From Oscillospiraceae bacterium (GTDB taxonomy: Bacteria; Bacillota; Clostridia; Oscillospirales; Oscillospiraceae): DNA of 64,000 nt. Positions within the stretch are counted from its first letter, which is position 1. Every line of letters starts with the position of its first letter. Under the pieces are notes generated by a model. The model was not told the origin of the DNA. It made no database searches and worked only from the letters and a program-made list of their open reading frames with translations. Shown here one piece after another: positions 56,158 to 64,000 of this stretch. The stretch lies in contig JAFPFL010000007.1 of assembly GCA_017425545.1 (NCBI GenBank), forward strand, positions 20,418 to 84,417, read 5' to 3'. Made by a program: the position numbers and the translations under genes.

Positions 56158-57531
56158 ATGTCTATGATTGAGTCGGTCCTGCAGACGCTGCGCGAAAACG
56201 CCATGGTCGAGCCCGGCGACGACGTGACCGTCGCGCTCTCCGGCGGCGCGGACTCCGTGGCGCTGCTCGCGGCGCTGCGCGCGCTCGCCCCGCAGCTGGG
56301 CGTGACGCTGCGCGCGGCCCACTTCCACCACGGCATCCGCGGCGCGGAGGCGGACCGTGACGAGGCCTTCTGCCGCGCCCTGTGTGAGAGCTGGGGCGTT
56401 CCGTTCCGATCCGGCAGGGGAGACGCCGCCGCCTTTGCCGCCGAGCGCGGCCTGAGCCTGGAAACCGCCGCCCGGGAGCTGCGCTATGCCTTTCTCGAGC
56501 AGGCGGCGCCGGGCAAGCTTGCGACGGCGCACAATGCCGACGATAACGCCGAGACCCTCCTCCTGCACCTGATCCGCGGCGCCGGACCGCGCGGCTTCGG
56601 CGGCATTCCTCCGAAGCGCGGCAGGATCATCCGCCCGCTTCTGGACGTGACCCGCGCCGAGATCCTGCAGTATCTGTCGGAAAACCGGATCCCCCACGTC
56701 GAGGACGGCACCAACGCCGCCGACGGCTGCCTGCGCAACCGCGTCCGGCACCGCATTCTCCCGCTTCTGTGCGCGGAGAACCCGCGCTTTGTCGAGGCGG
56801 CGGGCCGCGCCATGCGCCTGTCGCGGGCGGAGGACGAATATCTCTCCGGGCTGGCCGCGAAAGCCGAGGCCGCCTGCCGCACGGACGCCGGCTATTCCGT
56901 CTCCGCGCTGCTGGCGCTGGATCCGGTCCTGCGCAGCCGCGTCCTGCTCGGCCTGCTCCGCTCGTTGCGTCTGGACAGTCCCACCGCGGCCGATGAGGCG
57001 GCGCTGGAGGCTCTGGTCCAGAGCCCGAATCCGTCGGCGTGCGCGACCGTTTCCGGCGGCGTCCGGGTCTGCCGCAGCTATGACGAGCTGCTTCCGAATC
57101 CGCCGCAGCCGGGGCGGAGCCTGCCGCCGTGCGCGCTGGTCGTGCCCGGCACGACGGTTTTGCCGGACGGAGCGGGAAAAATCATTGCCGCATTCACAAA
57201 ATATTTTAAATTCAGTCAAAAAAACCTTACCACATTTGCGGTAAAGTATGATATGATAGCGAAGCGCAGCCTGGAGGCGCGGGGCAGACGCCCCGGCGAC
57301 CGGCTGACGCTCTCCGGCGGCGCCAAGACCGTCAAGGCCCTGATGATCGACCGGAAAATCCCGCAATATCTGCGCGGGCGGCTGCCTCTGCTTCTGTGCG
57401 AGGGCAGGCTGATCGCGTGTTTCGGGCTGGGTCTGGACCCGGCCTTCCAGGCGGCGCCGGGAGAAGAAGCGCTGCTGGTTCAATTCGAGGCGCCGCAGGA
57501 CGCCTGGAACAGAGAGGAAATCGCTGAATGA
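56158..57531 (+). CDS. tilS: tRNA(Ile)-lysidine synthetase
   Basis: PP-loop SGGADS, AHNADDNAETLL. Confidence 0.9.
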   Translation: MSMIESVLQTLRENAMVEPGDDVTVALSGGADSVALLAALRALAPQLGVTLRAAHFHHGIRGAEADRDEAFCRALCESWGVPFRSGRGDAAAFAAERGLSLETAARELRYAFLEQAAPGKLATAHNADDNAETLLLHLIRGAGPRGFGGIPPKRGRIIRPLLDVTRAEILQYLSENRIPHVEDGTNAADGCLRNRVRHRILPLLCAENPRFVEAAGRAMRLSRAEDEYLSGLAAKAEAACRTDAGYSVSALLALDPVLRSRVLLGLLRSLRLDSPTAADEAALEALVQSPNPSACATVSGGVRVCRSYDELLPNPPQPGRSLPPCALVVPGTTVLPDGAGKIIAAFTKYFKFSQKNLTTFAVKYDMIAKRSLEARGRRPGDRLTLSGGAKTVKALMIDRKIPQYLRGRLPLLLCEGRLIACFGLGLDPAFQAAPGEEALLVQFEAPQDAWNREEIAE

Positions 57532-59528
57532 AGAAAGTTCAACCCAGACGCGGTGCGCTGATTCTGTACGTGGTATTGCTTGCCGCGCTGATCTTCGCGC
57601 TCGTAAAGCTGTTCAACGCCTCCGACGGCGTTGATCTCAAGTACTCGGACGTGGTCCGCCTGTTCAAAACCGAGCAGGTGGAGTCGTTCTCGATCGAGGA
57701 CGACGAATTGACCATGAACCTGCGTCAGCCGTTCAAGAACGAGACGAAGCTCACCTACAAGCTGCCGGACTTCAACCTCTTCTATTCCGACCTCGGCGAT
57801 ACGATCGCCGAGCAGCTCGCAGACGAGGAGAATCCGCTCAAGGAGTATGACATCATACCCAAGTCGGAGGGCTCGTGGCTGCTCACGAGTCTGCTCCCGA
57901 TGCTGATCGTCGGCGTCATCTTCATTGTGCTCATGATGTTCCTGATGAACCGCATGGGCGGCGGCGCCTCCGCGATGAAATTCAGCAAGGCCAACGCCCG
58001 GATCGGAAAACCGGACCGCAAGGTGACCTTTGCCGATGTGGCGGGCTGCGAGGAGGAGAAGGCCGAGCTGCAGGAGGTCGTGGAGTTCCTGCGCGATCCC
58101 TCCCGCTTCAACAGGCTCGGCGCCAAGGTCCCGAAGGGCGTTCTGCTCGTCGGCCCTCCGGGCACCGGCAAGACGATGCTCGCCAAGGCGGTCGCCAACG
58201 AGGCGAACGTGCAGTTCCTGTCGATCTCCGGCTCCGACTTCCTGGAGCTCTACGTCGGCGTCGGCGCCGGCCGTGTCCGCGACCTGTTTGACCAGGCCAA
58301 GAAGATGGCGCCAGCCATCGTGTTCATCGACGAGATCGACGCGATCGGCCGTCACAGAGGCTCCGGCCTCGGCGGCGGACACGACGAGCGCGAGCAGACC
58401 CTGAACCAGCTCCTGGTGGAGATGGACGGCTTCTCCGGCAATACCGGCGTCATCGTGATGGCGGCCACGAACCGCAAGGACATCCTCGACCCCGCCCTGC
58501 TGCGCCCGGGCCGTTTTGACCGCCAGATCTACATCGGCAAGCCGGACTGCAAGGGCCGCGAGGAGATCCTCAAAGTCCACGCGAAGAATAAGCCCCTGGC
58601 CGATACCGTCGACCTGCACATCGTCGCCCGCGCCACGGTCGGCATGACCGGCGCGGACCTGGAAAACCTGCTCAACGAAGCCGCTCTGCTCGCCGGCCGC
58701 GCCAAGCGCCCCTGCATCCTGATGGAGGACCTCGAGGAAGGCCTTCTGAAGGTCATGGCCGGTCCGCAGAAGAAGAGCCACAAGCAGTCCGAGCGCACCC
58801 GCCGCCTGACGGCCTACCATGAGGCCGGGCACGCGGTCTCCGCCTGGTATCTGCCGCATCATGCGCCCGTGCAGATGGTCACGATCATCCCGCGCGGACC
58901 CACAGGCGGCCTGACGATGTTCCTGCCCGAGGAGGATCAGGACGACGCCAGCCGCAGCGAAATGCTTGAGAGCATCGTCTCCTCGCTCGGCGGCCGCGTC
59001 GCCGAATCACTGAAGATGGAAGACATCTCCACCGGCGCCTCCGCCGATATCCAGCAGGCCACGCAGATCGCCCACGAGATGGTGACCCGCTATGGCATGT
59101 CCGAGAAGCTCGGCACGGTCCGCTACGGCGATGACAGCGAGGTCTTCATCGGCATGAGCATGGGCCGGACCCGTCCTTATTCCGAGGAGACCGCCGGCAT
59201 CATCGACGACGAGGTCCGTTCGATCATCGATGCGTCCTATGACCGCTGCAAGGCCATCCTGACCGAGCACGGCGACAAGCTCGAGGCGGTCGCCGCCTTC
59301 CTGCTCGCCCACAACACCATGACCCGCCGTCAGTTTGACGCCTGTATGAAGGGCGAGCCGATCCCCGAAGCCGAATCCGAGTCGATCTTCGACCGCTTCG
59401 CTGAGCTTGAAAAGCAGCAGGCCGAGACGGAAAAGCAGCCTGCCGAAGCGCAGAGCGCCGAGACGGAGACCGCCGAGGCGGCTCCGGAGGCGTCTGCCGC
59501 GGATCCGGAGGAAGATCCCAAGGCATAA
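57528..59528 (+). CDS. ftsH: ATP-dependent zinc metalloprotease FtsH
   Basis: GPPGTGKT, second region of homology, HEAGHA zinc site. 4-nt overlap with tilS. Confidence 0.95.
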   Translation: MKKVQPRRGALILYVVLLAALIFALVKLFNASDGVDLKYSDVVRLFKTEQVESFSIEDDELTMNLRQPFKNETKLTYKLPDFNLFYSDLGDTIAEQLADEENPLKEYDIIPKSEGSWLLTSLLPMLIVGVIFIVLMMFLMNRMGGGASAMKFSKANARIGKPDRKVTFADVAGCEEEKAELQEVVEFLRDPSRFNRLGAKVPKGVLLVGPPGTGKTMLAKAVANEANVQFLSISGSDFLELYVGVGAGRVRDLFDQAKKMAPAIVFIDEIDAIGRHRGSGLGGGHDEREQTLNQLLVEMDGFSGNTGVIVMAATNRKDILDPALLRPGRFDRQIYIGKPDCKGREEILKVHAKNKPLADTVDLHIVARATVGMTGADLENLLNEAALLAGRAKRPCILMEDLEEGLLKVMAGPQKKSHKQSERTRRLTAYHEAGHAVSAWYLPHHAPVQMVTIIPRGPTGGLTMFLPEEDQDDASRSEMLESIVSSLGGRVAESLKMEDISTGASADIQQATQIAHEMVTRYGMSEKLGTVRYGDDSEVFIGMSMGRTRPYSEETAGIIDDEVRSIIDASYDRCKAILTEHGDKLEAVAAFLLAHNTMTRRQFDACMKGEPIPEAESESIFDRFAELEKQQAETEKQPAEAQSAETETAEAAPEASAADPEEDPKA

Positions 59529-59544
59529 AATAAGCCGCAAGGGC

Positions 59545-59585
59545 GGCTCTGCGGAAGCGATTCCGCGGAGCCGTTCTTTTTTTTG
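59545..59585 (+). terminator. Intrinsic terminator after ftsH
   Basis: GGCTCTGCGGAA-GCGA-TTCCGCGGAGCC followed by GTTCTTTTTTTT. Confidence 0.8.
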
Positions 59586-59708
59586 TATTTTTGGAGGAAT
59601 CTGTAGAAAAACGGCAGGAAATATGGTATATTATCAGAAACTAATAGGTGGGATTCTGCCCCGGCGCGGGAGAACCCCCTGTAAAAATCAATTTCAGGAG
59701 GATAAACT

Positions 59709-62700
59709 ATGAAAAAGCGCTTCACAAGAACCCTTGCGATGCTGCTTGTCCTTGTCATGGTTTTCTCCGTCCTTCCGCTGTCCGTTTTCGCGGCGGACGT
59801 GGAAGAGGGGAGCGCCGCCACGCTGATCACAACTGCGCCTGCAGACGGCAGCTACGGCGTCATTTTCAACCCCGGTACGGACGGCAAGACCGGCTACGTC
59901 ATGGGCTTTGACATCAGCGACGGCAACTGCGCTTCCAAGCATGTCTCGCTGAGCTCCGACGGCAAGCGCATCGAAAATCTCCCCGACGGTACGGCAATCG
60001 TCAAGTTCATCAAGAACAGCGACGGCACCTACTACTTCACGCTGGGCGGCAAGTACCTTGCCATTCAGGACACCAGTGAAGGCAAGGAAAAGATGATCCT
60101 GCTCGAGACCCCGGAAACCGGCTCGAAGTGGACCATCAGCGCCGACCGCGGCGGCATGGCCAACGCGTACAACATCATGAACGCCGAGTACAAATGGAAC
60201 GGCTCCAGCGACGTCTATCTGGAGCAGTACAACGGCCAAAAATACTGCGGCTACTCCTACAAGAGCAGCACGCCGCAGTACTTCCAGATGAAGTTCGCCA
60301 CGACCGCCGCTGATGACGACGGCCGTGTCGGCGAGATTCAGGAAGCCGGTCCGGCGCCTGTTGACGGCGACACCGTTGTCATCTACAACCGCCATGCCAA
60401 GGGCGTCTTCGGCCAGCCCACCGGCCCGGACGCAGCCAAGCCCAATCTGACGGCTGCTGCCGCGGAGCTCACAACTGACGGCACCCTGCCCTACGCCAAC
60501 ATCGGCGACGGCGGCCTGATCTTCACGGTCCACGTCAGCGGAACGGAGTACACCTTCCAGACAGGCGGCAAGTACCTCGGCATGACCGAGAACAAGGAAG
60601 ACGGCACAAACGACGAGAGCCTGATCCTGGTCGACGCCGAGAACGACTATACCAAGTGGACCATGTCCGAGATCTCCGGCGGCTGGCTCATCAAGAACAA
60701 GGCCGCCACCTGGAAGGGCTACCCGGTCTATATCGAATTCTTTGACGACCTGTTCGCGGGCTACTCCTACAAAGCCGTCTCGCCTGAGATCTTCGCGATG
60801 CGCTTCTACCACGTCGACGATCAGTACAACTGCGGCTACGTGGTCAACCCCAACGTCTACCTGAGCAAGACCCCCGATCCCGCGATCGGCTCCGACTGCC
60901 CGGTCGAGTTCACCGTGAACGACCTCAACGACATCACTGCCACCTCGATCCGCTACTGGTTCGACGGCAAGACCTACACCGCCAAGACCGCGACTGCCGA
61001 ATACAACAACAAGGTCGGCACCTTCACGATCCCCGCGGCCCATCTGAACAACCACAAGACACTGACCATCGAGATCAAGGTCACGGACTCGATGAACCTC
61101 AAGCCCGCCCTGAAGGAAACCCTCGAAATCCGCGACGAGCCCCTGATTCTCGAGGTATCCCCGGCTCCGAACTCCGCCACCGGCGAGGTCCTGAGACCTG
61201 AGATCTCCGTTACCTTCTCCAATGTCGGCACCAACCCGACCTTTGAGCTGAAGCTTGACGACGAGATCGTGACCGGCGCGGTCTCCGGCAGCAAATACGT
61301 CTACACGCCTGCCGAGGACATGACCGTCGGCAAGCACAGCCTCGCCGTTACGATCACCCGCGCCGACGGCAAGAGCGTGATCCGCAACTGGACCTTCTTC
61401 ATCGGCGAAGGCGGCGAGACCATCTACTTCGGCCAGATTCACTCCCACACTGCGGAGTACTCCGACGGCGCCGGACAGCTTGAGGACGCCTATCAGCACG
61501 CCCACGAGGCCAAGGACGTGGACTTCCTGATCGTAACCGACCACTCCAACTACTTCGACACCACGGCCACCGCGACGACCTCCAGCTACTATGACCTCTC
61601 CTCTCTGGCCAAGAACGCCGCCGGCACCACCACCAAGTGGGAAGAGGCGCGCGCCACGGCGAAGGCGTACAACGAGCAGTGGGACGACTTCATCTGCCTC
61701 TACGGCTATGAGATGACCTGGTCCGGCGGCCCCGGCCATACCAACACCTTCAACACCTACGGCACCGTCTCCCGCAACAACAAGGACCTCAACGACAAGG
61801 CCGGCTATGCCGGCATGCACCTGTACAACGACCTGATGTCCAACGCCGACAAGGGCCTGGACGTCAACGGCGAGGAGGCTAAGACCACCCGTGACGGCGC
61901 GGAGGTCACCGGCGTCAACGCCACCAAGGACATCCCCTTTGACGAGGCCGGCAAGCCCGTTCCCGTCGTCTCCCAGTTCAACCACCCCGGCACGACCTTC
62001 GGCAACTTCGACAACTTCGCCGGCTGCACCGCGACGCGCGACGACGTGCTGAACCTCATCGAGGTCGGCAACGGCGAAGGCAAGGTCGGCGGCTCGAGCT
62101 ACTTCCCCTCCTATGAGGAGTATGATCTCTGCCTGTCCATGGGCTGGCACGTGGCGCCCACGAACAACCAGGATAACCATAAGGGCAACTGGGGCGATTC
62201 CAACACCTGCCGCGACGTCATCCTGACGGACGATTTCTCCGAGATCGGCATCTACCGCGCCCTGGACGCCCGCCATGTCTACTCGACCGAAGACCAGAAC
62301 CTCGAGATCTCCTATGAGCTCGAGGTCAACGGCAGCCGCTATCAGCTCGGCGACATCGCCCCGATCGAGGATGCCGACCAGCCCGATCAGATCACCTTCT
62401 ATCTGACGATCAACGACCCGGACAACGAGTCCATCGGCCGTATCCAGATCATCGGCGAAGGCGCGACGGTCCTCAAGGAAATCACAGTCACCGGCAACTC
62501 CTACAAGGACGAGATCGTTCTGAACCACAAGGATGAAAAGGGCAACGTCGTCTCCGGCTACTACTACATCAAGGTCATCGAGGGCGACGGCAACATCGCC
62601 GTGACCGCTCCTGTCTGGACCGCCGGGACCGTTCCGGTCAACATCGACGCCAAGACCTCCGCGGCTGTCGCCGCGCAGGGCGAAGAGGAGACCATCACCG

Positions 62701-64000
62701 CGACGATCACCAACGGCAGCTCCGGCGATGCGCTGACCCTCGTGAGCTGCAAGATCACCGCCGACGGCGACGTGATCCTGGACCGGACGCTCAACGAGAC
62801 CGTCAACGCGAGCACCGCGAAGACCGTCACCACGCCCTATACCCCGAAGACCACCAACCCCGCCGCGCAGAAGACCTACGACATCGTCGTGGAATTCACC
62901 TTCACCTACAAGGGCAAGACCCAGACCTACACCAAGACCCTCACCGAGACCTCCTATCCGCCGGAGATGATGACCTACATCGGTCTCGACAAGGGCCATA
63001 CGAACTTCTACGTCTCCGGCGACTACGCGGGCAATGAAAGCTCCTTCATCCAGATCTGCGCCGACAACGGCATCATCGTCGAGTATATCGAGGCAGGCCA
63101 GATGACGAAGGAAAAGCTTGCCAAGTACAAGATGGTTGTTCTGACCGTCCCGCACGTCGACAAGAAGATAAAGCCCACGGTCTGGACCAAAGCCGAGCTT
63201 GCCGCGATCGCGGATTACGCGGCCAACGGCGGCAACATCATCAACCTGTCCAAGTCTGACCGCAATGACTACGAGGACGCCGGCGCAGACGGAAATGACA
63301 CCTATCAGTACGCCTCCGCCACCATCTCCAACCTCGTCAACGAGGCAGTCGGCGCGAAGACCCGCTTTGTCCGCGGCATCGTGGTCGACAATGAGATGAT
63401 GTCCAACGTGGCCTACCTCATCAACTTCAACGGCAAGGAGCTGCTGGGCGATCACGAATTCACGACCGGCATCTTCGCCTCCTCCAACGGCCAGTACCAG
63501 TACTACAACGGCACCGGCATCGTCACCGAGGCGGGCGCGGAGAACGACGTGACCCCGCTGGTCATGCCTTACCAGTCCACCTGGGTCGCCTGCTACAAGG
63601 ACAACTTCACCGGCTCTTCCTACGTGCCCGACTACAACAAGGACACCGTCATGGCGGAAAAGGACAGCTTCAATCTTGTGACCGTCGAGACCCTGTCCGG
63701 CGGCGGCTTCCTGGTCTGCGGCGGCGCCTGCTTCATCTCCAACTACGACCTCATGGCCGGCACCCCTTCCAACGAGCAGTTCGAAAACTACGGCCTGGTC
63801 ATGAACATCCTGAAGCACGTGAAGAACGGCGACGAGAAACCGACCATCACCCCGATCAAGGACGTCCACAAAGGAACTGTCGGTCAGGAATTCACGGTCG
63901 AGGGCGTCGTAACCTCCAACGCTTCCGACTACGACAAGACCACCGCGTTCTTCGACTGCATCTACGTGCAGGACGAGACCCGCGGCATCAACTGCTTCCC
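59709..64000 (+). CDS. Large secreted multidomain protein with PHP-type (CehA/McbA-like) metallophosphoesterase domain; 3' end beyond window
   Basis: Absent from the ORF track because no stop occurs before the window end. AGGAGG at 59696-59701, ATG at 59709. Hand translation MKKRFTRTLAMLLVLVMVFSVLPLSVFAADVEEG... stays open for >1430 codons with GC-rich third positions. Signal peptide present. GQIHSHTAEYSDG at 61431-61469, then LIVTDHSNYF and QFNHPG. Confidence 0.85.
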   Translation, partial: MKKRFTRTLAMLLVLVMVFSVLPLSVFAADVEEGSAATLITTAPADGSYGVIFNPGTDGKTGYVMGFDISDGNCASKHVSLSSDGKRIENLPDGTAIVKFIKNSDGTYYFTLGGKYLAIQDTSEGKEKMILLETPETGSKWTISADRGGMANAYNIMNAEYKWNGSSDVYLEQYNGQKYCGYSYKSSTPQYFQMKFATTAADDDGRVGEIQEAGPAPVDGDTVVIYNRHAKGVFGQPTGPDAAKPNLTAAAAELTTDGTLPYANIGDGGLIFTVHVSGTEYTFQTGGKYLGMTENKEDGTNDESLILVDAENDYTKWTMSEISGGWLIKNKAATWKGYPVYIEFFDDLFAGYSYKAVSPEIFAMRFYHVDDQYNCGYVVNPNVYLSKTPDPAIGSDCPVEFTVNDLNDITATSIRYWFDGKTYTAKTATAEYNNKVGTFTIPAAHLNNHKTLTIEIKVTDSMNLKPALKETLEIRDEPLILEVSPAPNSATGEVLRPEISVTFSNVGTNPTFELKLDDEIVTGAVSGSKYVYTPAEDMTVGKHSLAVTITRADGKSVIRNWTFFIGEGGETIYFGQIHSHTAEYSDGAGQLEDAYQHAHEAKDVDFLIVTDHSNYFDTTATATTSSYYDLSSLAKNAAGTTTKWEEARATAKAYNEQWDDFICLYGYEMTWSGGPGHTNTFNTYGTVSRNNKDLNDKAGYAGMHLYNDLMSNADKGLDVNGEEAKTTRDGAEVTGVNATKDIPFDEAGKPVPVVSQFNHPGTTFGNFDNFAGCTATRDDVLNLIEVGNGEGKVGGSSYFPSYEEYDLCLSMGWHVAPTNNQDNHKGNWGDSNTCRDVILTDDFSEIGIYRALDARHVYSTEDQNLEISYELEVNGSRYQLGDIAPIEDADQPDQITFYLTINDPDNESIGRIQIIGEGATVLKEITVTGNSYKDEIVLNHKDEKGNVVSGYYYIKVIEGDGNIAVTAPVWTAGTVPVNIDAKTSAAVAAQGEEETITATITNGSSGDALTLVSCKITADGDVILDRTLNETVNASTAKTVTTPYTPKTTNPAAQKTYDIVVEFTFTYKGKTQTYTKTLTETSYPPEMMTYIGLDKGHTNFYVSGDYAGNESSFIQICADNGIIVEYIEAGQMTKEKLAKYKMVVLTVPHVDKKIKPTVWTKAELAAIADYAANGGNIINLSKSDRNDYEDAGADGNDTYQYASATISNLVNEAVGAKTRFVRGIVVDNEMMSNVAYLINFNGKELLGDHEFTTGIFASSNGQYQYYNGTGIVTEAGAENDVTPLVMPYQSTWVACYKDNFTGSSYVPDYNKDTVMAEKDSFNLVTVETLSGGGFLVCGGACFISNYDLMAGTPSNEQFENYGLVMNILKHVKNGDEKPTITPIKDVHKGTVGQEFTVEGVVTSNASDYDKTTAFFDCIYVQDETRGINCF

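Noticed and set aside
54340-57483. 1047-aa minus-strand ORF, plus similar long antisense or out-of-frame ORFs (4162-5916, 9192-11036, 25112-27484, 32990-35407, 33..., 40414-42201, 45774-47735, 52582-54309)
   Set aside because: Each overlaps clearly identifiable conserved genes on the other strand or frame (rplI/dnaB/tilS, SBP, oppD, ask/asd, peptidases, glgA, nifS/mnmE, gdpP). Stop codons are rare in the non-coding frames of high-GC DNA, and the translations are Arg/Ala/Gly/Pro-rich with no motifs.
59694-63869. 1391-aa minus-strand ORF, the longest entry in the track
   Set aside because: It is the antisense shadow of the plus-strand secreted PHP-domain gene. The translation is Val/Gly/Asp/Ala/Arg-rich with no signal peptide, motifs or RBS, while the plus strand has an RBS, a signal peptide, recognisable motifs and GC3-biased codons.
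1-64000. Mobile elements, prophage, defence islands, toxin-antitoxin pairs, and tRNA or rRNA genes
   Set aside because: No integrase, transposase, recombinase, phage structural, restriction-modification, Cas, reverse-transcriptase or similar signatures were seen in any frame, and no cloverleaf-like tRNA or rRNA sequence. Gene content is almost entirely core metabolism and translation.

Overview
This window looks like a high-GC Firmicutes/Clostridia chromosomal segment, probably Oscillospiraceae-like; that placement is an inference from gene content (Prp-L27, glgD, holB-ricT, SpoVB-like flippase, gdpP-rplI-dnaB). It is densely packed with core housekeeping genes.

Gene order:
- ffh-rpsP-KH-rimM-trmD, then a Sir2 deacylase
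- a 5-gene Opp-like ABC transporter with unusual architecture
- a zinc-ribbon/Pro-rich membrane protein and a SpoVB/MurJ-like flippase
- a zur-znuACB operon carrying an extra lipoprotein
- two more zinc-ribbon membrane proteins flanking dus
- aspartokinase-asd, ricT-holB, psuK-psuG, a GNAT, and S9 and M42 peptidases
- glgBCDA, rplU-prp-rpmA-obg, mnmE-nifS-like, a 2-hydroxyacid dehydrogenase, ispE with a DUF1015-like gene, and a DUF378 gene
- gdpP-rplI-dnaB-tilS-ftsH
- a very large secreted PHP-domain protein that runs off the 3' edge and is absent from the supplied ORF track

I found no rRNA or tRNA genes, CRISPR arrays, transposases, integrases, prophage or recognisable defence genes. I also found no convincing multi-gene novel system.

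The items most worth follow-up:
1. The unlisted >1430-codon terminal CDS.
2. An Opp-like transporter whose OppD-like ATPase carries a ~250-aa coiled-coil-like insertion and whose permease has a ~285-aa extracytoplasmic loop.
3. An uncharacterised tandem-domain lipoprotein that forms the fifth gene of the Zur-controlled zinc uptake operon.
4. A ~730-bp non-coding region rich in A-tracts and palindromes, ending in a 72-nt hexamer-periodic purine tract.
5. Clusters of GC-rich hairpins with shared motifs in three intergenic regions.
6. A compact terminator/antiterminator leader upstream of aspartokinase that lacks L-box or T-box signatures.

Many long ORFs in the track are antisense or out-of-frame artefacts of the high GC content. 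All coordinates come from hand reading anchored on the ORF track. No database search was possible.
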